Positions 37,629 to 46,924 of a stretch of DNA of 64,000 nucleotides are shown piece after piece (the stretch's first letter is position 1; the number at the start of each line of letters is the position of its first letter). The notes under the pieces were generated by a model. That model saw nothing but the letters and a program-made list of their open reading frames with translations, had not been told where the DNA came from and searched no databases. The stretch is taken from the NCBI RefSeq assembly GCF_004343705.1, contig NZ_SKFH01000008.1:1-64000 (forward strand), in the 5' to 3' direction. Made by a program: the position numbers and the translations under genes. The stretch comes from Flaviaesturariibacter aridisoli (GTDB lineage: Bacteria > Bacteroidota > Bacteroidia > Chitinophagales > Chitinophagaceae).

Positions 37629-38435
37629 TCATTTCTGTCCCTTCAGGTATCCCAGCTTCGTCAGAATGCCTTTCAGCATGTTCATCCGCACGGTGGGTAC
37701 GTCCACGCCGGGTTTGAGGGTTTCGAAGTTGAGCGCGAAGAAGTAGGGGTGGTTGTTTTCTTCCACCCAGCCCACGACCCAGGCGAGGTCGCGGCCGTTT
37801 TCCTTTTTACCCCAGCCCGTCTTATAGGCAAGGCGGTAGGCGGGGGTGCTTTCGAAGAGCATCGCGCGCTTCACGATCTCCTGGTTGGTCTTGAAGAAGG
37901 GCAGCTGGTTGAAGTAGAGGCGCTTCACGAGGCCGAGCTCTTCGTCGGGGCGGATCTTGAGGGAATTGTCGAGCCAGAAAGTGTCCACTTTGGAGATCTT
38001 CTTGTTGCCGTAGGCGAGCGAGTCGAGCCAGCGCTGCATGGTATCGCGGCCGATGCGGCGGGCGGCTTCCTGGTACCAGGCCGGGCAGGAGCGGCGAAAG
38101 GCGGTGTACATACTCATGTCGGCATCGCACTCGGTGCGGCCCGAAGGCACGCCGTTCCAGCGGATCACCATCGAGTCGTTGCTGATGATGCCCGTTTGCA
38201 GCCCGACGAGCGAGTTGACGATCTTGAAGGTGGAGGCGGGCGTAAAGGCGCTGTCGCGGAAGCGCGGCAGGTTGTACATCGTAAAGGCGCCGGTGGCGTT
38301 GTTGAGCACGGCAAAGCAGCCTTCGGTGCCGTTGTCGCTGAAGAATTTGCCGAGCGAGTCGTCGGTGGTCACGTTGTTGGTGGAGCAGCCGGCCAGGAGG
38401 AGCACGGCTGCAAATGAAGCAAGAATGGTGCGCAT
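37629..38435 (-). CDS. class D (OXA-type) beta-lactamase
   Basis: Signal/lipobox MRTILASFAAVLLLAGCS. STFK active-site serine box, YGN, KTG, WxxG motifs. Confidence 0.85.
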   Translation of the reverse strand: MRTILASFAAVLLLAGCSTNNVTTDDSLGKFFSDNGTEGCFAVLNNATGAFTMYNLPRFRDSAFTPASTFKIVNSLVGLQTGIISNDSMVIRWNGVPSGRTECDADMSMYTAFRRSCPAWYQEAARRIGRDTMQRWLDSLAYGNKKISKVDTFWLDNSLKIRPDEELGLVKRLYFNQLPFFKTNQEIVKRAMLFESTPAYRLAYKTGWGKKENGRDLAWVVGWVEENNHPYFFALNFETLKPGVDVPTVRMNMLKGILTKLGYLKGQK

Positions 38436-38451
38436 GGGCGCAAAGGTAGGG

Positions 38452-38642
38452 CACGCGGAAAACGCGGAAGACGCGGAATCTTTTTTGGTAGCAGTTTCCA
38501 ATTGTTCCGTACCTATTCCAGTTGGAAAACCTTGTGGGTGGTAGCGTCCTATAAAAAAGGGAACTGCTTTCAGAAGGCAACTCCATACCTGAAGAGCACT
38601 TCCAAAAGAAACGCCTTCCGCGTCTTCCGCGTTTTCCGCGTG
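38452..38642. repeat. perfect 27-bp inverted repeat pair bracketing 137 bp, 17 bp upstream of bla ATG
   Basis: Left arm CACGCGGAAAACGCGGAAGACGCGGAA (38452-38478); right arm is its exact reverse complement (38616-38642). Arms are three 9-bp ACGCGGAAN subrepeats. Confidence 0.9.
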
Positions 38643-38703
38643 TCCATCCTCGCCGCTATATGCGGGATTATCCTCATCTTTAGCCTCCAAAACTGATTGC
38701 GTC

Positions 38704-39615
38704 ATGCGTTTTCTCTCCGCCCTGCTGCTCGCGGGCATCGTAGCCCTCGCTTCCTGCAAAAAGAATACAACCGCCGAGGAGCGGGCCCAGCTGATCTTCA
38801 AGTTCCGCTTCGACAGCACGCAGGTGCGGCTCAACAACGTGGGGCAACCCAACGGCCTCGGTGTGGGCAATGCCGCGCAGAGTCCCGTTTTTAACGGGAT
38901 GAGCGCCCACTACCTCGAGCTGGCGCCCACGGCCCATACGCCCCTCGGCACCGGCGTGGTGCTGTACCGCGCCGACGAAACGACCGCCGGCGGCGCACTC
39001 GCCATCGACTTCAGCAAGGCCAGCGTGGTGGGCAACAACGGCGTCTTCCTCAGCGTACCGCTCAGCGACGTTCCCCCCGGCGAATACGAGTGGCTCCGCA
39101 CTTCGCTTGCCTACCAGAATTTCGACGTCAAGTATTACGTAGACGATACGGTGGCCGGTATGCCCATCCGCCAGGAATTCATGGGCACCGTGGCCGGGTT
39201 CATCGGTTTCAACAACTACATCACGTCGTTCCGCATCAAGGACACGGCCATCACCGTCAACAAGAACCGCCCGCAGGGCTTCTGGGGCTTCGAGTCGCAG
39301 GTGCGCTACGGGGGCTACAACTTCCGCATCGTAGATACGGCCACCGCCGCGGCGGGTGCCACCACCGTGGTCAACCCGCTCTTCGCCACCTCGCCCGTTC
39401 CGGCAGGCTCCTGCGTGGTCACGGCTGCCTTTGCGCCGGGCCACCTCGTCATCCGTGGCGACGAAACGAAGAACATTATCGTAGAAGTGTCGCTGTCCAC
39501 CAACAAGAGCTTCGAATGGAACGAGGTGGTCCGCGACGGCCGCTGGGAACCCGGCAAGGGCGAAACGGTGCAGGATATGGGGATCCGGGGCATGATCCCC
39601 CGCGTGCTGCCGTAA
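38704..39615 (+). CDS. hypothetical lipoprotein
   Basis: Lipoprotein signal MRFLSALLLAGIVALASC. No motifs. Confidence 0.5.
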   Translation: MRFLSALLLAGIVALASCKKNTTAEERAQLIFKFRFDSTQVRLNNVGQPNGLGVGNAAQSPVFNGMSAHYLELAPTAHTPLGTGVVLYRADETTAGGALAIDFSKASVVGNNGVFLSVPLSDVPPGEYEWLRTSLAYQNFDVKYYVDDTVAGMPIRQEFMGTVAGFIGFNNYITSFRIKDTAITVNKNRPQGFWGFESQVRYGGYNFRIVDTATAAAGATTVVNPLFATSPVPAGSCVVTAAFAPGHLVIRGDETKNIIVEVSLSTNKSFEWNEVVRDGRWEPGKGETVQDMGIRGMIPRVLP

Positions 39616-39731
39616 GACCTGGTGATCCCGGATCTTTGGATCCCGGACCTGTGCGCCGCTGCACGCTGCTGTCTTAGATCCGGGATTCCCGGATCCGCGA
39701 TCCAAAGATTCCCCTGCCTATCTTCGCCCCG

Positions 39732-40286
39732 ATGGCCCAACCCGCACAAGACGACGCCGAGCTGCTCCGGAAGTTCCGCGAGCCCGCCACGCGCGAAGCC
39801 GCCTATACGGCCCTGATCCGCAAGTACCAGGAGCGGCTCTACTGGCACGTGCGCCGCATGGTGGTGCACCACGAAGATGCCAACGATGTGCTGCAGAACG
39901 TCTTCATCCGCGTGTGGAACGCCCTGCAGAACTTCAAGGAAGAATCGCAGCTCTATACCTGGCTCTACCGGATCGCCACCAACGAGTGCCTGACCTACAT
40001 CGAGAACCAGAAAAAGCGCTCGGCCGTCGATTTCGACGACGTGGCCTCGGGCCTCGAAAACCAGGTGCGCGCCCAGGAGGGCTTCGACGCCAACAAGCTC
40101 GAGTGGAAGCTGCAGCTGGCCATCCAGCAATTGCCCGAAAAGCAGCGCATTGTGTTTACACTCCGCTATTACGACGAGATGCCCTACGAGGAGATGAGCC
40201 GGGTGCTCGAAACCAGCGAGGGCGCCCTCAAGGCGAGCTACCACCACGCAGCCAAAAAAATCGAGGATTATATCCGCAATCATTAA
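39732..40286 (+). CDS. ECF-subfamily RNA polymerase sigma-70 factor
   Basis: Region 2 (YQERLYWHVRRMV..DANDVLQNVFIRVW) and region 4 (QRIVFTLRYYDEMPYEEMS) motifs. Confidence 0.85.
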   Translation: MAQPAQDDAELLRKFREPATREAAYTALIRKYQERLYWHVRRMVVHHEDANDVLQNVFIRVWNALQNFKEESQLYTWLYRIATNECLTYIENQKKRSAVDFDDVASGLENQVRAQEGFDANKLEWKLQLAIQQLPEKQRIVFTLRYYDEMPYEEMSRVLETSEGALKASYHHAAKKIEDYIRNH

Positions 40287-40320
40287 ACTTCAGGGCCTTT
40301 GCCGGGTCACAGAAAGCTGA

Positions 40321-41028
40321 ATGGAACCACGCAAAAACATAGCTCTGGAACTGCAGGAAGGCGGGCTTCAACTCCCCGCCGGCCTCCACGTGCCGCCTTA
40401 CGCGGTGCCGGAGGGCTATTTTGCCGCGTTCGCAGCGACGGTTCTGGCGCGTATCCACCGCGAAGAAGCGGCCGCCGAGCTGCAGGAGCTCGCGCCGCTG
40501 CTGGCAGGGCTGCCGAAGTCGATGCCCTTTGCCGTGCCCGAAGGCTACTTCGCAGCACCCGCCGTTCCTTCGCTCCTCGACAGCCTCGACCGTAAGATGC
40601 CCTTCAGCACGCCCGCCGGCTATTTCGAAGGCCTGCCGGGGCTGTTGCTGACGCGCCTGCGCCAGGGCGAAGCGGTTCCGGCAACTTCGCAGCCCGCCCG
40701 GGTTGTGGGGATGCGTCCCCGCTGGGTGCGGATGGCTGCCGCCGCGGTGCTGGCCGGCGCCATCGCCGTGGGCGGCTGGCTTTATGAAAGCCGTACGCCC
40801 GCTGCCAACCCTGAAGCCGTGGTGCAGGCCGGTCTCCGCACGGTGCCCGACGGCGCCCTGGACGAGTTCCTGCAGACGGCCGACCCGGCCTCGGCTACCG
40901 ATGTGGCCCAAAGCAGCAGCCCGCACAGCGACGTGCGCCAGATGCTCCACGACGTGAGCGTTTCGGAGCTCGACGCCTTCCTGGAAGGAGTACCGGGTGA
41001 GGACGACCCGCTGGCGGATATCAATTAG
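40321..41028 (+). CDS. putative anti-sigma factor / membrane-anchored hypothetical with VPEGYFAA repeats
   Basis: Immediately downstream of ECF sigma. Single TM (AAAVLAGAIAVGGWL). Triple (M)PFxVPEGYFxx repeats. Confidence 0.45.
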   Translation: MEPRKNIALELQEGGLQLPAGLHVPPYAVPEGYFAAFAATVLARIHREEAAAELQELAPLLAGLPKSMPFAVPEGYFAAPAVPSLLDSLDRKMPFSTPAGYFEGLPGLLLTRLRQGEAVPATSQPARVVGMRPRWVRMAAAAVLAGAIAVGGWLYESRTPAANPEAVVQAGLRTVPDGALDEFLQTADPASATDVAQSSSPHSDVRQMLHDVSVSELDAFLEGVPGEDDPLADIN

Positions 41029-41094
41029 GAAAGAAAGTAGTTTTGCACCGGTTGTGTGCCCGATTTTGTGTTACCCGGAAAACCAGATAGAACC

Positions 41095-41502
41095 ATGAAG
41101 CGCATTCTTTATATAATGATGATGACCCTGGGCCTCGCCTTCAGCGCAACCGCCCAGGACGGTGGCCCCGGCGGCCGGATGCGCCAGCGGATGCAGGAGT
41201 ACCTGCAAACCCGCCTGCACCTGTCGGATAGCGAGGCCGAGCGCTTTACCCCCGTTTTTATCAATTACTTCAACGAGCTGCGCCAGGTGAACCAGCAATA
41301 CCGCGGCGACCGCCTCATATTGCAACAGAAGATCGTAGACCTGCGCCTCCGATACCGCGACCAGTTCCGACCCATCATGGGCGAAAAACGCAGCAACGAC
41401 ATCTTCGTTTACGAACACGACTTCGTAGACCAGGTGAAGCGGATCCGGGAAGAGCGCCTACAGAATCGCCCCAATTATGACCGGCCGGGAAAAAGATTTT
41501 AA
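41095..41502 (+). CDS. hypothetical periplasmic protein (Spy/CpxP-like helical?)
   Basis: Signal peptide MKRILYIMMMTLGLAFSATAQ. Charged helical body. Confidence 0.4.
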   Translation: MKRILYIMMMTLGLAFSATAQDGGPGGRMRQRMQEYLQTRLHLSDSEAERFTPVFINYFNELRQVNQQYRGDRLILQQKIVDLRLRYRDQFRPIMGEKRSNDIFVYEHDFVDQVKRIREERLQNRPNYDRPGKRF

Positions 41503-41848
41503 CATACCGTTGCGCCGATGCACAATTTCTCCTATATTTGGAATTGGTGTTTTTCATAGGTTAGCAACGGCCGGCTCTTTTTAGGGCAGGCCTTTTTTCT
41601 TTTAAGCCCTTCCGGTAGCGTCACCGCCATATTGCTCAACTAATCAAACCCGCGTCCCGCCTGCATCCTGGCGGGATTTTCATTCCCGGAAAAACACCCC
41701 TGAGATTCTTGTTTTGTGGCAGTAACCGGCGTTCCGGTGCGTCCCTCCGTAGCGGCAGGCAATGGTACGGAAGCTGTTCGCGAAGCATTACGCAAACGTT
41801 CCCGGAGCTCCACCCCCGAATTTTTTTTTAGTTTTTTTTAAGATTTTT

Positions 41849-43858
41849 TTACCGGATCAGGACCACGGTTCCTTTCCGGAGCACCGGCGCACCCGTGTCG
41901 CGATCGGTGTACCGCGCGTACCATACAAAGACGCCCGTTCCCTGCTCAATGCCGTTGATCTTACCGTCCCAGCCTTCCTTCCAGTTGCGCGACTCGAACA
42001 CCACGCGGCCCCAGCGGTTGTAGACCAGGAGCTGGAAGTCAACGGCCTTCACGGCGTTGAGCACGTGGAAACGGTCGTTGCGGCCGTCGTTGTTGGGCGT
42101 AAAGGCGTTCGGTACGTCGATGTAGCAGCTGGGGTACACGACGATGCGCTTGCGGGCCACCGAGGTGCAGTTGAACGAGTCGGTGACGTTGAGTGTAATG
42201 GTGAAGGCCTTCTCCCGCATCGGAGCCGTGTAAAACGGGCTCGGCGTCACATCGGTGGAGCGGTCGCCATTGCCGAAATCCCACTGGTAGCGCAACTGCC
42301 GGCCCACCGAGGTGTTGGTGAGCAACACCGGTTCGTTGGGGCACTGGTCTTCCAGCACGTTGAAGCCGGCCTTGAGGTAGTTGATCAGCAGCACCTGCGC
42401 GGTGGAAGTGTCGCTGCAAAAGCCGTTACTGACGACGAGCCGCACGTCTTTCGGCTGGTCGAAGACGCTGTAATAAGCGGTCGGCGCCTGCGTCGTGGCC
42501 GTTTGGCCCTCACCGAGGGTCCAGGCCCAGCTGTCCACGCGGTGGCCGCCGGGGTGGCTGAAATGCACGGAATCTTTCTGGCAGCCGTAGTCGATGGTAT
42601 ACGTGAAGTTAGCGTTGACGGTGTCTTTGACGCTGAAATCCACGAACTGGCCCGCGGGTGTTTGCTCGCCGCATTCGTCGAAAACGGTATTGCCGTCGGA
42701 GCCCTGGCGGAGGGTGAGGCGGAAGCTTCCTTCGGTATAAAGCGGCTGCGCGAGGGTAACAATGATCTCCTTGCTTACGGTGCTGCCGTTGCTGCAGGCG
42801 CCGCGGGCGCCGGTGATGGTGGCGGGGTAGGTGCCCGAAAGCTGGAAGTCGCTGCCGTCGGCGGCGACGGTGTTGCACAGCATGGGGCGGCGAAATACGA
42901 GGTGTAACTCAGTAGGGGCGCAGGAAATGGGTGCCATGCTGTCCATCGGTGTCGGGGCGCGGGGCAGCAGGATAAAGGGGAGCTTATTGGTGTCGGGAAT
43001 GTTGCGGTCGCAGACGTCGAGCAGCGTGTTGCCGTCCGACCCGGCGCGGATGCCGAGGGTATAATTGCCCGGGTTGAGAAAGGTAGACAGGCGCAGCTCG
43101 AGGGAGTCGGTGTCGAAGCCGGTGTCGCAGCCAAAGCCGCTGGCGCTGACCACGGTGGCCACGGCGGGCGTGAGGAAGAATTCGCTGCCGGTGGCCGTCA
43201 GCGACGTGCATTTCATCTTCTTATTCAGCTTTACGCGCAGGATGTCGCCACCGCAGGAGGCTTCGATGGCTTTGAGGCGGGGCGGCGTGGTGTCGGTGAT
43301 GACGGCGGTGCCGCCGCCGAAGGAGAGGGCGTAGCCGTCGGTAGTGCGGGTGAAGTGGCTTACCAGCAGCAGGTAATTGTGGCCCTGCTCCAGGTCGGGC
43401 ATGCGGCTGAAGCGGGGGCGGCCGGGACCGTCGCAGACAAATTGCTGGCTGCCGGCGGGCGAGCAGCCCGTGGTGCCGCCATCGGCGCTCCAGTTGTCGG
43501 CGATGGTGAGCGAAGCGTCGGTGTACACCTCGGCCGGGTTGCGGCCCGTGACGTCGTACAGCGCCCAGTCGTAGTCGTCGCTGATGTTGTCGGGGGTGAT
43601 CACGAAGGCAAGGGTACCGCTCTGGTAGCAGGTGAACTTATACCAGAACGGGTTGATGTCGGTGAGGGTGGCGCCGCTGCAATGCTGCAGGCCCACGGGG
43701 CGGTTGCCGCATTGGGGCACGGTGGTTTGCGCGAAGGTGCTTGTGCCGCATACCGGGAAGGCGGTGGACGGGTTCTGACCCGGGGCAGTGCAGGTCGTTT
43801 GCGCCGCAGCGCCGGTGGCGAGCAGCAGGAAGCAGGTCAGCAGGCGCAGAAACTTCAT
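41849..43858 (-). CDS. T9SS type-B C-terminal sorting domain protein (gliding motility-associated CTD), large secreted beta-rich protein
   Basis: C-terminal PNAFTPNNDGRNDRF...WNGK motif of the gliding-motility-associated CTD (type B T9SS signal). N-terminal signal peptide. Confidence 0.8.
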   Translation of the reverse strand: MKFLRLLTCFLLLATGAAAQTTCTAPGQNPSTAFPVCGTSTFAQTTVPQCGNRPVGLQHCSGATLTDINPFWYKFTCYQSGTLAFVITPDNISDDYDWALYDVTGRNPAEVYTDASLTIADNWSADGGTTGCSPAGSQQFVCDGPGRPRFSRMPDLEQGHNYLLLVSHFTRTTDGYALSFGGGTAVITDTTPPRLKAIEASCGGDILRVKLNKKMKCTSLTATGSEFFLTPAVATVVSASGFGCDTGFDTDSLELRLSTFLNPGNYTLGIRAGSDGNTLLDVCDRNIPDTNKLPFILLPRAPTPMDSMAPISCAPTELHLVFRRPMLCNTVAADGSDFQLSGTYPATITGARGACSNGSTVSKEIIVTLAQPLYTEGSFRLTLRQGSDGNTVFDECGEQTPAGQFVDFSVKDTVNANFTYTIDYGCQKDSVHFSHPGGHRVDSWAWTLGEGQTATTQAPTAYYSVFDQPKDVRLVVSNGFCSDTSTAQVLLINYLKAGFNVLEDQCPNEPVLLTNTSVGRQLRYQWDFGNGDRSTDVTPSPFYTAPMREKAFTITLNVTDSFNCTSVARKRIVVYPSCYIDVPNAFTPNNDGRNDRFHVLNAVKAVDFQLLVYNRWGRVVFESRNWKEGWDGKINGIEQGTGVFVWYARYTDRDTGAPVLRKGTVVLIR

Positions 43859-44071
43859 GTGAAAATTGAGTTACAAATATCCTCCTTTGCTGCACCGACC
43901 TTGCCAAGAGATTGTGAAAGGTAGCTCGTCAGCGGACCGGTTGTCATTTTTGACGGATGAATAAGGGTATTCGCGGGGTTTTTGCACGGAACCCCCGAAA
44001 GTTCAGCACAGCGGGGGTGAATGGCCTATTTTAGCGCCGGTCAGAAACGCCAAACCAATCTTATTCGTGGT

Positions 44072-45070
44072 ATGCCGCAAGGGAAATTCGTGGTCTCGCT
44101 GGATTTTGAACTTTACTGGGGGGTGCGCGATACCCTGTCGCTCGAAAAATACGGGGCCAATATCCGCGGGGAACAAACGGTAATTCCCCGGACGCTCGAC
44201 CTGTTCGGCGCCTACGGCATCCGGGCCACCTTCGCCGTGGTCGGGTTCCTGTTTTTCGAAACCAAGGAGCAGCTGCTGGCCCACATCCCGGAGCGCGTGC
44301 CCCACTACGATGATCCCGACTTCACCCCCTACGACGGTTATTTCGCCGAGGTTGGCCCCGACTACCGCTCCGATCGCTACCACTTCGCCCCGCACCTGAT
44401 CGAGCTGATCCGCCGCCAGCCGCAGCACGAGCTCGCCACGCATACCTATTCCCACTACTATTGCCTGGAGCCGGGGCAGACCGTGGCCGACTTTGAAGCC
44501 GACCTCGAGATGGCCATCCGCGTGGCCGCCGACCGCGGCATTCGTTTCCGGAGCCTTGTCTTCCCGCGCAACCAGTTCAACAACGAATACCTCGAAGTCT
44601 GCCTCCGCCACGGCATCACCTGCGTGCGAAGCAACGAGAAATCCTGGCTCTACGAGCCGCGCAACCGCAAGCAGGAAACCCTGTTCCGGCGCTCGCTGCG
44701 CCTGCTGGACGCCTACCTGCCCTTGTCGGGCAACCACAACTGGAGCCCCCGCGCCGTGTCGCCGAAGGAGCCGGTATTCGTGCCGTCGAGCGGGTTCCTG
44801 CGGCCCTACCTCCCCGCGCTGCGTCCCTTTGAGGGGTTGCGCCTGCGCCGCATCAAGGCGGCCATGACGGAGGCTGCCCGCAAGGGACTCGTGTATCACC
44901 TCTGGTGGCACCCCCATAACTTTGGCGTCAACCAGGACGAAAACTTCGCGTTCCTGGAGGCCATCCTGCAGCATTACCGCGACCTCCAGGGCCGCTACGG
45001 CTTCAGCAGCTGCACGATGCACGAGATGGCCGAAGAAATCCAGGCCCTTCATGGACAAAGCCCCCGATAA
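44072..45070 (+). CDS. polysaccharide deacetylase family protein
   Basis: NodB-like motifs DFELYWG...HTYSHY. Confidence 0.65.
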   Translation: MPQGKFVVSLDFELYWGVRDTLSLEKYGANIRGEQTVIPRTLDLFGAYGIRATFAVVGFLFFETKEQLLAHIPERVPHYDDPDFTPYDGYFAEVGPDYRSDRYHFAPHLIELIRRQPQHELATHTYSHYYCLEPGQTVADFEADLEMAIRVAADRGIRFRSLVFPRNQFNNEYLEVCLRHGITCVRSNEKSWLYEPRNRKQETLFRRSLRLLDAYLPLSGNHNWSPRAVSPKEPVFVPSSGFLRPYLPALRPFEGLRLRRIKAAMTEAARKGLVYHLWWHPHNFGVNQDENFAFLEAILQHYRDLQGRYGFSSCTMHEMAEEIQALHGQSPR

Positions 45071-45989
45071 ACTCAGCTTTCGCCCCGCCCGCGTTGAAGA
45101 CGCGGGCCTCCTCTATGCACTTGTGCGGGCCAACGGCGGCAACGAGCGCCTCGAGCCTGCCTTCCTGCAACACTGGTATTTCAACAACCCGAGCCACTCC
45201 TTTTCGATCGAGACCGTTTGGCTCGACGGCCGTCCCGAGGGTATGGCCACCAGCAACAACTTCCGCTTTCGCATCAACGGCCGCGAGCGCCTCGTGGCGA
45301 TGCCGCAGAACGTGCTCACATCCGATGCCGTGCGCGGTAAAGGCCTCTTCGGCAAGCTCTACTTCCGCACCGAGGCGGCCAACCGGGCTGCCGGCGCCGA
45401 CACCTTCCTGACATTCACCAACGAGCTGAGCACGCCCATTTTTCTGCAGAAATTCGGCTACCGCCGTGGTCGCTGCCCCGATGTGCTGCTGCACCCGTTC
45501 CACCCGCTGGCACTGCTTTCCAGCTACCGTTTCCGCACGTTGGCAGGGCCGGAAGCGCTCCCGCTGTCGACGCTGCACCGGCCCGAAAATGCATTGCTGA
45601 AAGACGCCGCCTGGTACGGCTGGCGCTACGCGGCCTATGCCCCCGGCGTTATCCGCTTCGTGGAGGTGTCGAAAGGCGGGCGGGTGCTGGGTGCGCTCGT
45701 CTTAAAAAAGGAAAAGAAAAAGGGACTGCCGTTCTTCCTGCTGATGGACGCCGTGGCGCCCGACGAAGCGACCTTTGCCGAAGTGTTGCGCGCCGCGCCG
45801 GTTGCCGCCACCCGCGCCGGGGCGCCTTTTTTACTGATGTACGATGCCGGCTTCGCCCCACCCCGCGGTCCCTACAAGCGGATCCGTAACCGCTTCAACT
45901 TCCTCGTCAAAGGAACAGACGCCGCCGATACGGAAGCCCTGGCGGAAACGGATTTCCGGCTGTTTTTCGGGGATATGGATATCGTATGA
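45051..45989 (+). CDS. GNAT-like N-acetyltransferase domain protein
   Basis: ORF overlapping upstream stop by 20 bp. Acyl-CoA N-acyltransferase-like core (weak). Confidence 0.45.
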   Translation: MDKAPDKLSFRPARVEDAGLLYALVRANGGNERLEPAFLQHWYFNNPSHSFSIETVWLDGRPEGMATSNNFRFRINGRERLVAMPQNVLTSDAVRGKGLFGKLYFRTEAANRAAGADTFLTFTNELSTPIFLQKFGYRRGRCPDVLLHPFHPLALLSSYRFRTLAGPEALPLSTLHRPENALLKDAAWYGWRYAAYAPGVIRFVEVSKGGRVLGALVLKKEKKKGLPFFLLMDAVAPDEATFAEVLRAAPVAATRAGAPFLLMYDAGFAPPRGPYKRIRNRFNFLVKGTDAADTEALAETDFRLFFGDMDIV

Positions 45990-46210
45990 CCCATCCCCAT
46001 CCCCGGCCTCCGCGCCTTAGGCCGCTTTGGCCGGCGGCACCGGCCCATCCCCGGCCCTTCGCGAAGGGAAGGGTGCCCCTGTTGGGTCTTCCTTTTTTTC
46101 TGAAAACAGGTTTTAGGTGGAGATGGCTGATAGAACAATCTTTAAAAGCGCAGAATCACGCTGTAACCTGACAAGAGCGCCGTGTAAATCGGTCATAGCA
46201 GCAGGTAAGA

Positions 46211-46340
46211 TGTCGCAATCAGCCCGTCAGGGGCTTTTTCCGACATGTAAGGTGACAGAATCAGTAGGTAAATGCATTATTTCACTGTGTCAATTGTCGC
46301 AATCAGCCCGTAAAGGGATTTTTCCGACAGGTAAACGGAC
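46211..46340 (+). repeat. two ~47-bp direct repeats each carrying a terminator-like hairpin
   Basis: GTCGCAATCAGCCCGTCAGGGGCTTTTTCCGACA... repeated at 46211 and 46294. Confidence 0.7.
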
Positions 46341-46436
46341 AAAAGCGGCGTGTAAAACCTCACCGACCTCACCCATAACCTGCATGCTCCGGAACGGAGC
46401 GGGAAACGAAACGCCCCGAGGCCATAGGCATCGGGG

Positions 46437-46859
46437 TCATTCGATAATCGTCACATTAAACCGGTTGCGCAGGAGGTACGTCGTCAGAATTCCGCGCATC
46501 AGTTCCACGGAAATGCCCAGCGAGAGGGCGCAGAGGCCGAGGAGCTCGGAGCTCGACTCGGGTAGTTGTCCGTCCTGGGTCATCAGTTCGCAGATCATGC
46601 AGAAGAGGGTTTCGCGAAACTCCGGGTCTACCAGCGGGGCCGCCCGCTCGATGAGGGTCTTGGCGCCATCCTGGGTGAACAGAGTCAGCGCCTTGGCCGA
46701 CATATCGCTCAGGTTGTGGCCGCGGAAGCGCGCACAGAGCACCAGCATCCGCGACAACTGCTCGATCTGCGCCTCGCCCGGCTGGGCCTGCTGGCTGAAG
46801 AGGCAGGAAAACAGTATGGCTACGGCAGCTTCTTGCTCGTTTTGGAGGGTGGTGGTCAT
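46437..46859 (-). CDS. hypothetical protein (140 aa, helical)
   Basis: Native composition ORF. The overlapping + ORF 46117..46872 is Arg-rich and judged spurious. Confidence 0.45.
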   Translation of the reverse strand: MTTTLQNEQEAAVAILFSCLFSQQAQPGEAQIEQLSRMLVLCARFRGHNLSDMSAKALTLFTQDGAKTLIERAAPLVDPEFRETLFCMICELMTQDGQLPESSSELLGLCALSLGISVELMRGILTTYLLRNRFNVTIIE

Positions 46860-46924
46860 GCGGCGAAGATAATGTGCTGTGAACCGGTTAATCCATTAAC
46901 CGGTTAATTGATTGACCGGTTTCA

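Noticed and set aside
46117-46872. 251-aa plus-strand ORF
   Set aside because: Extremely Arg/Ser-rich, spans repeats and overlaps a better minus-strand ORF. Likely spurious.
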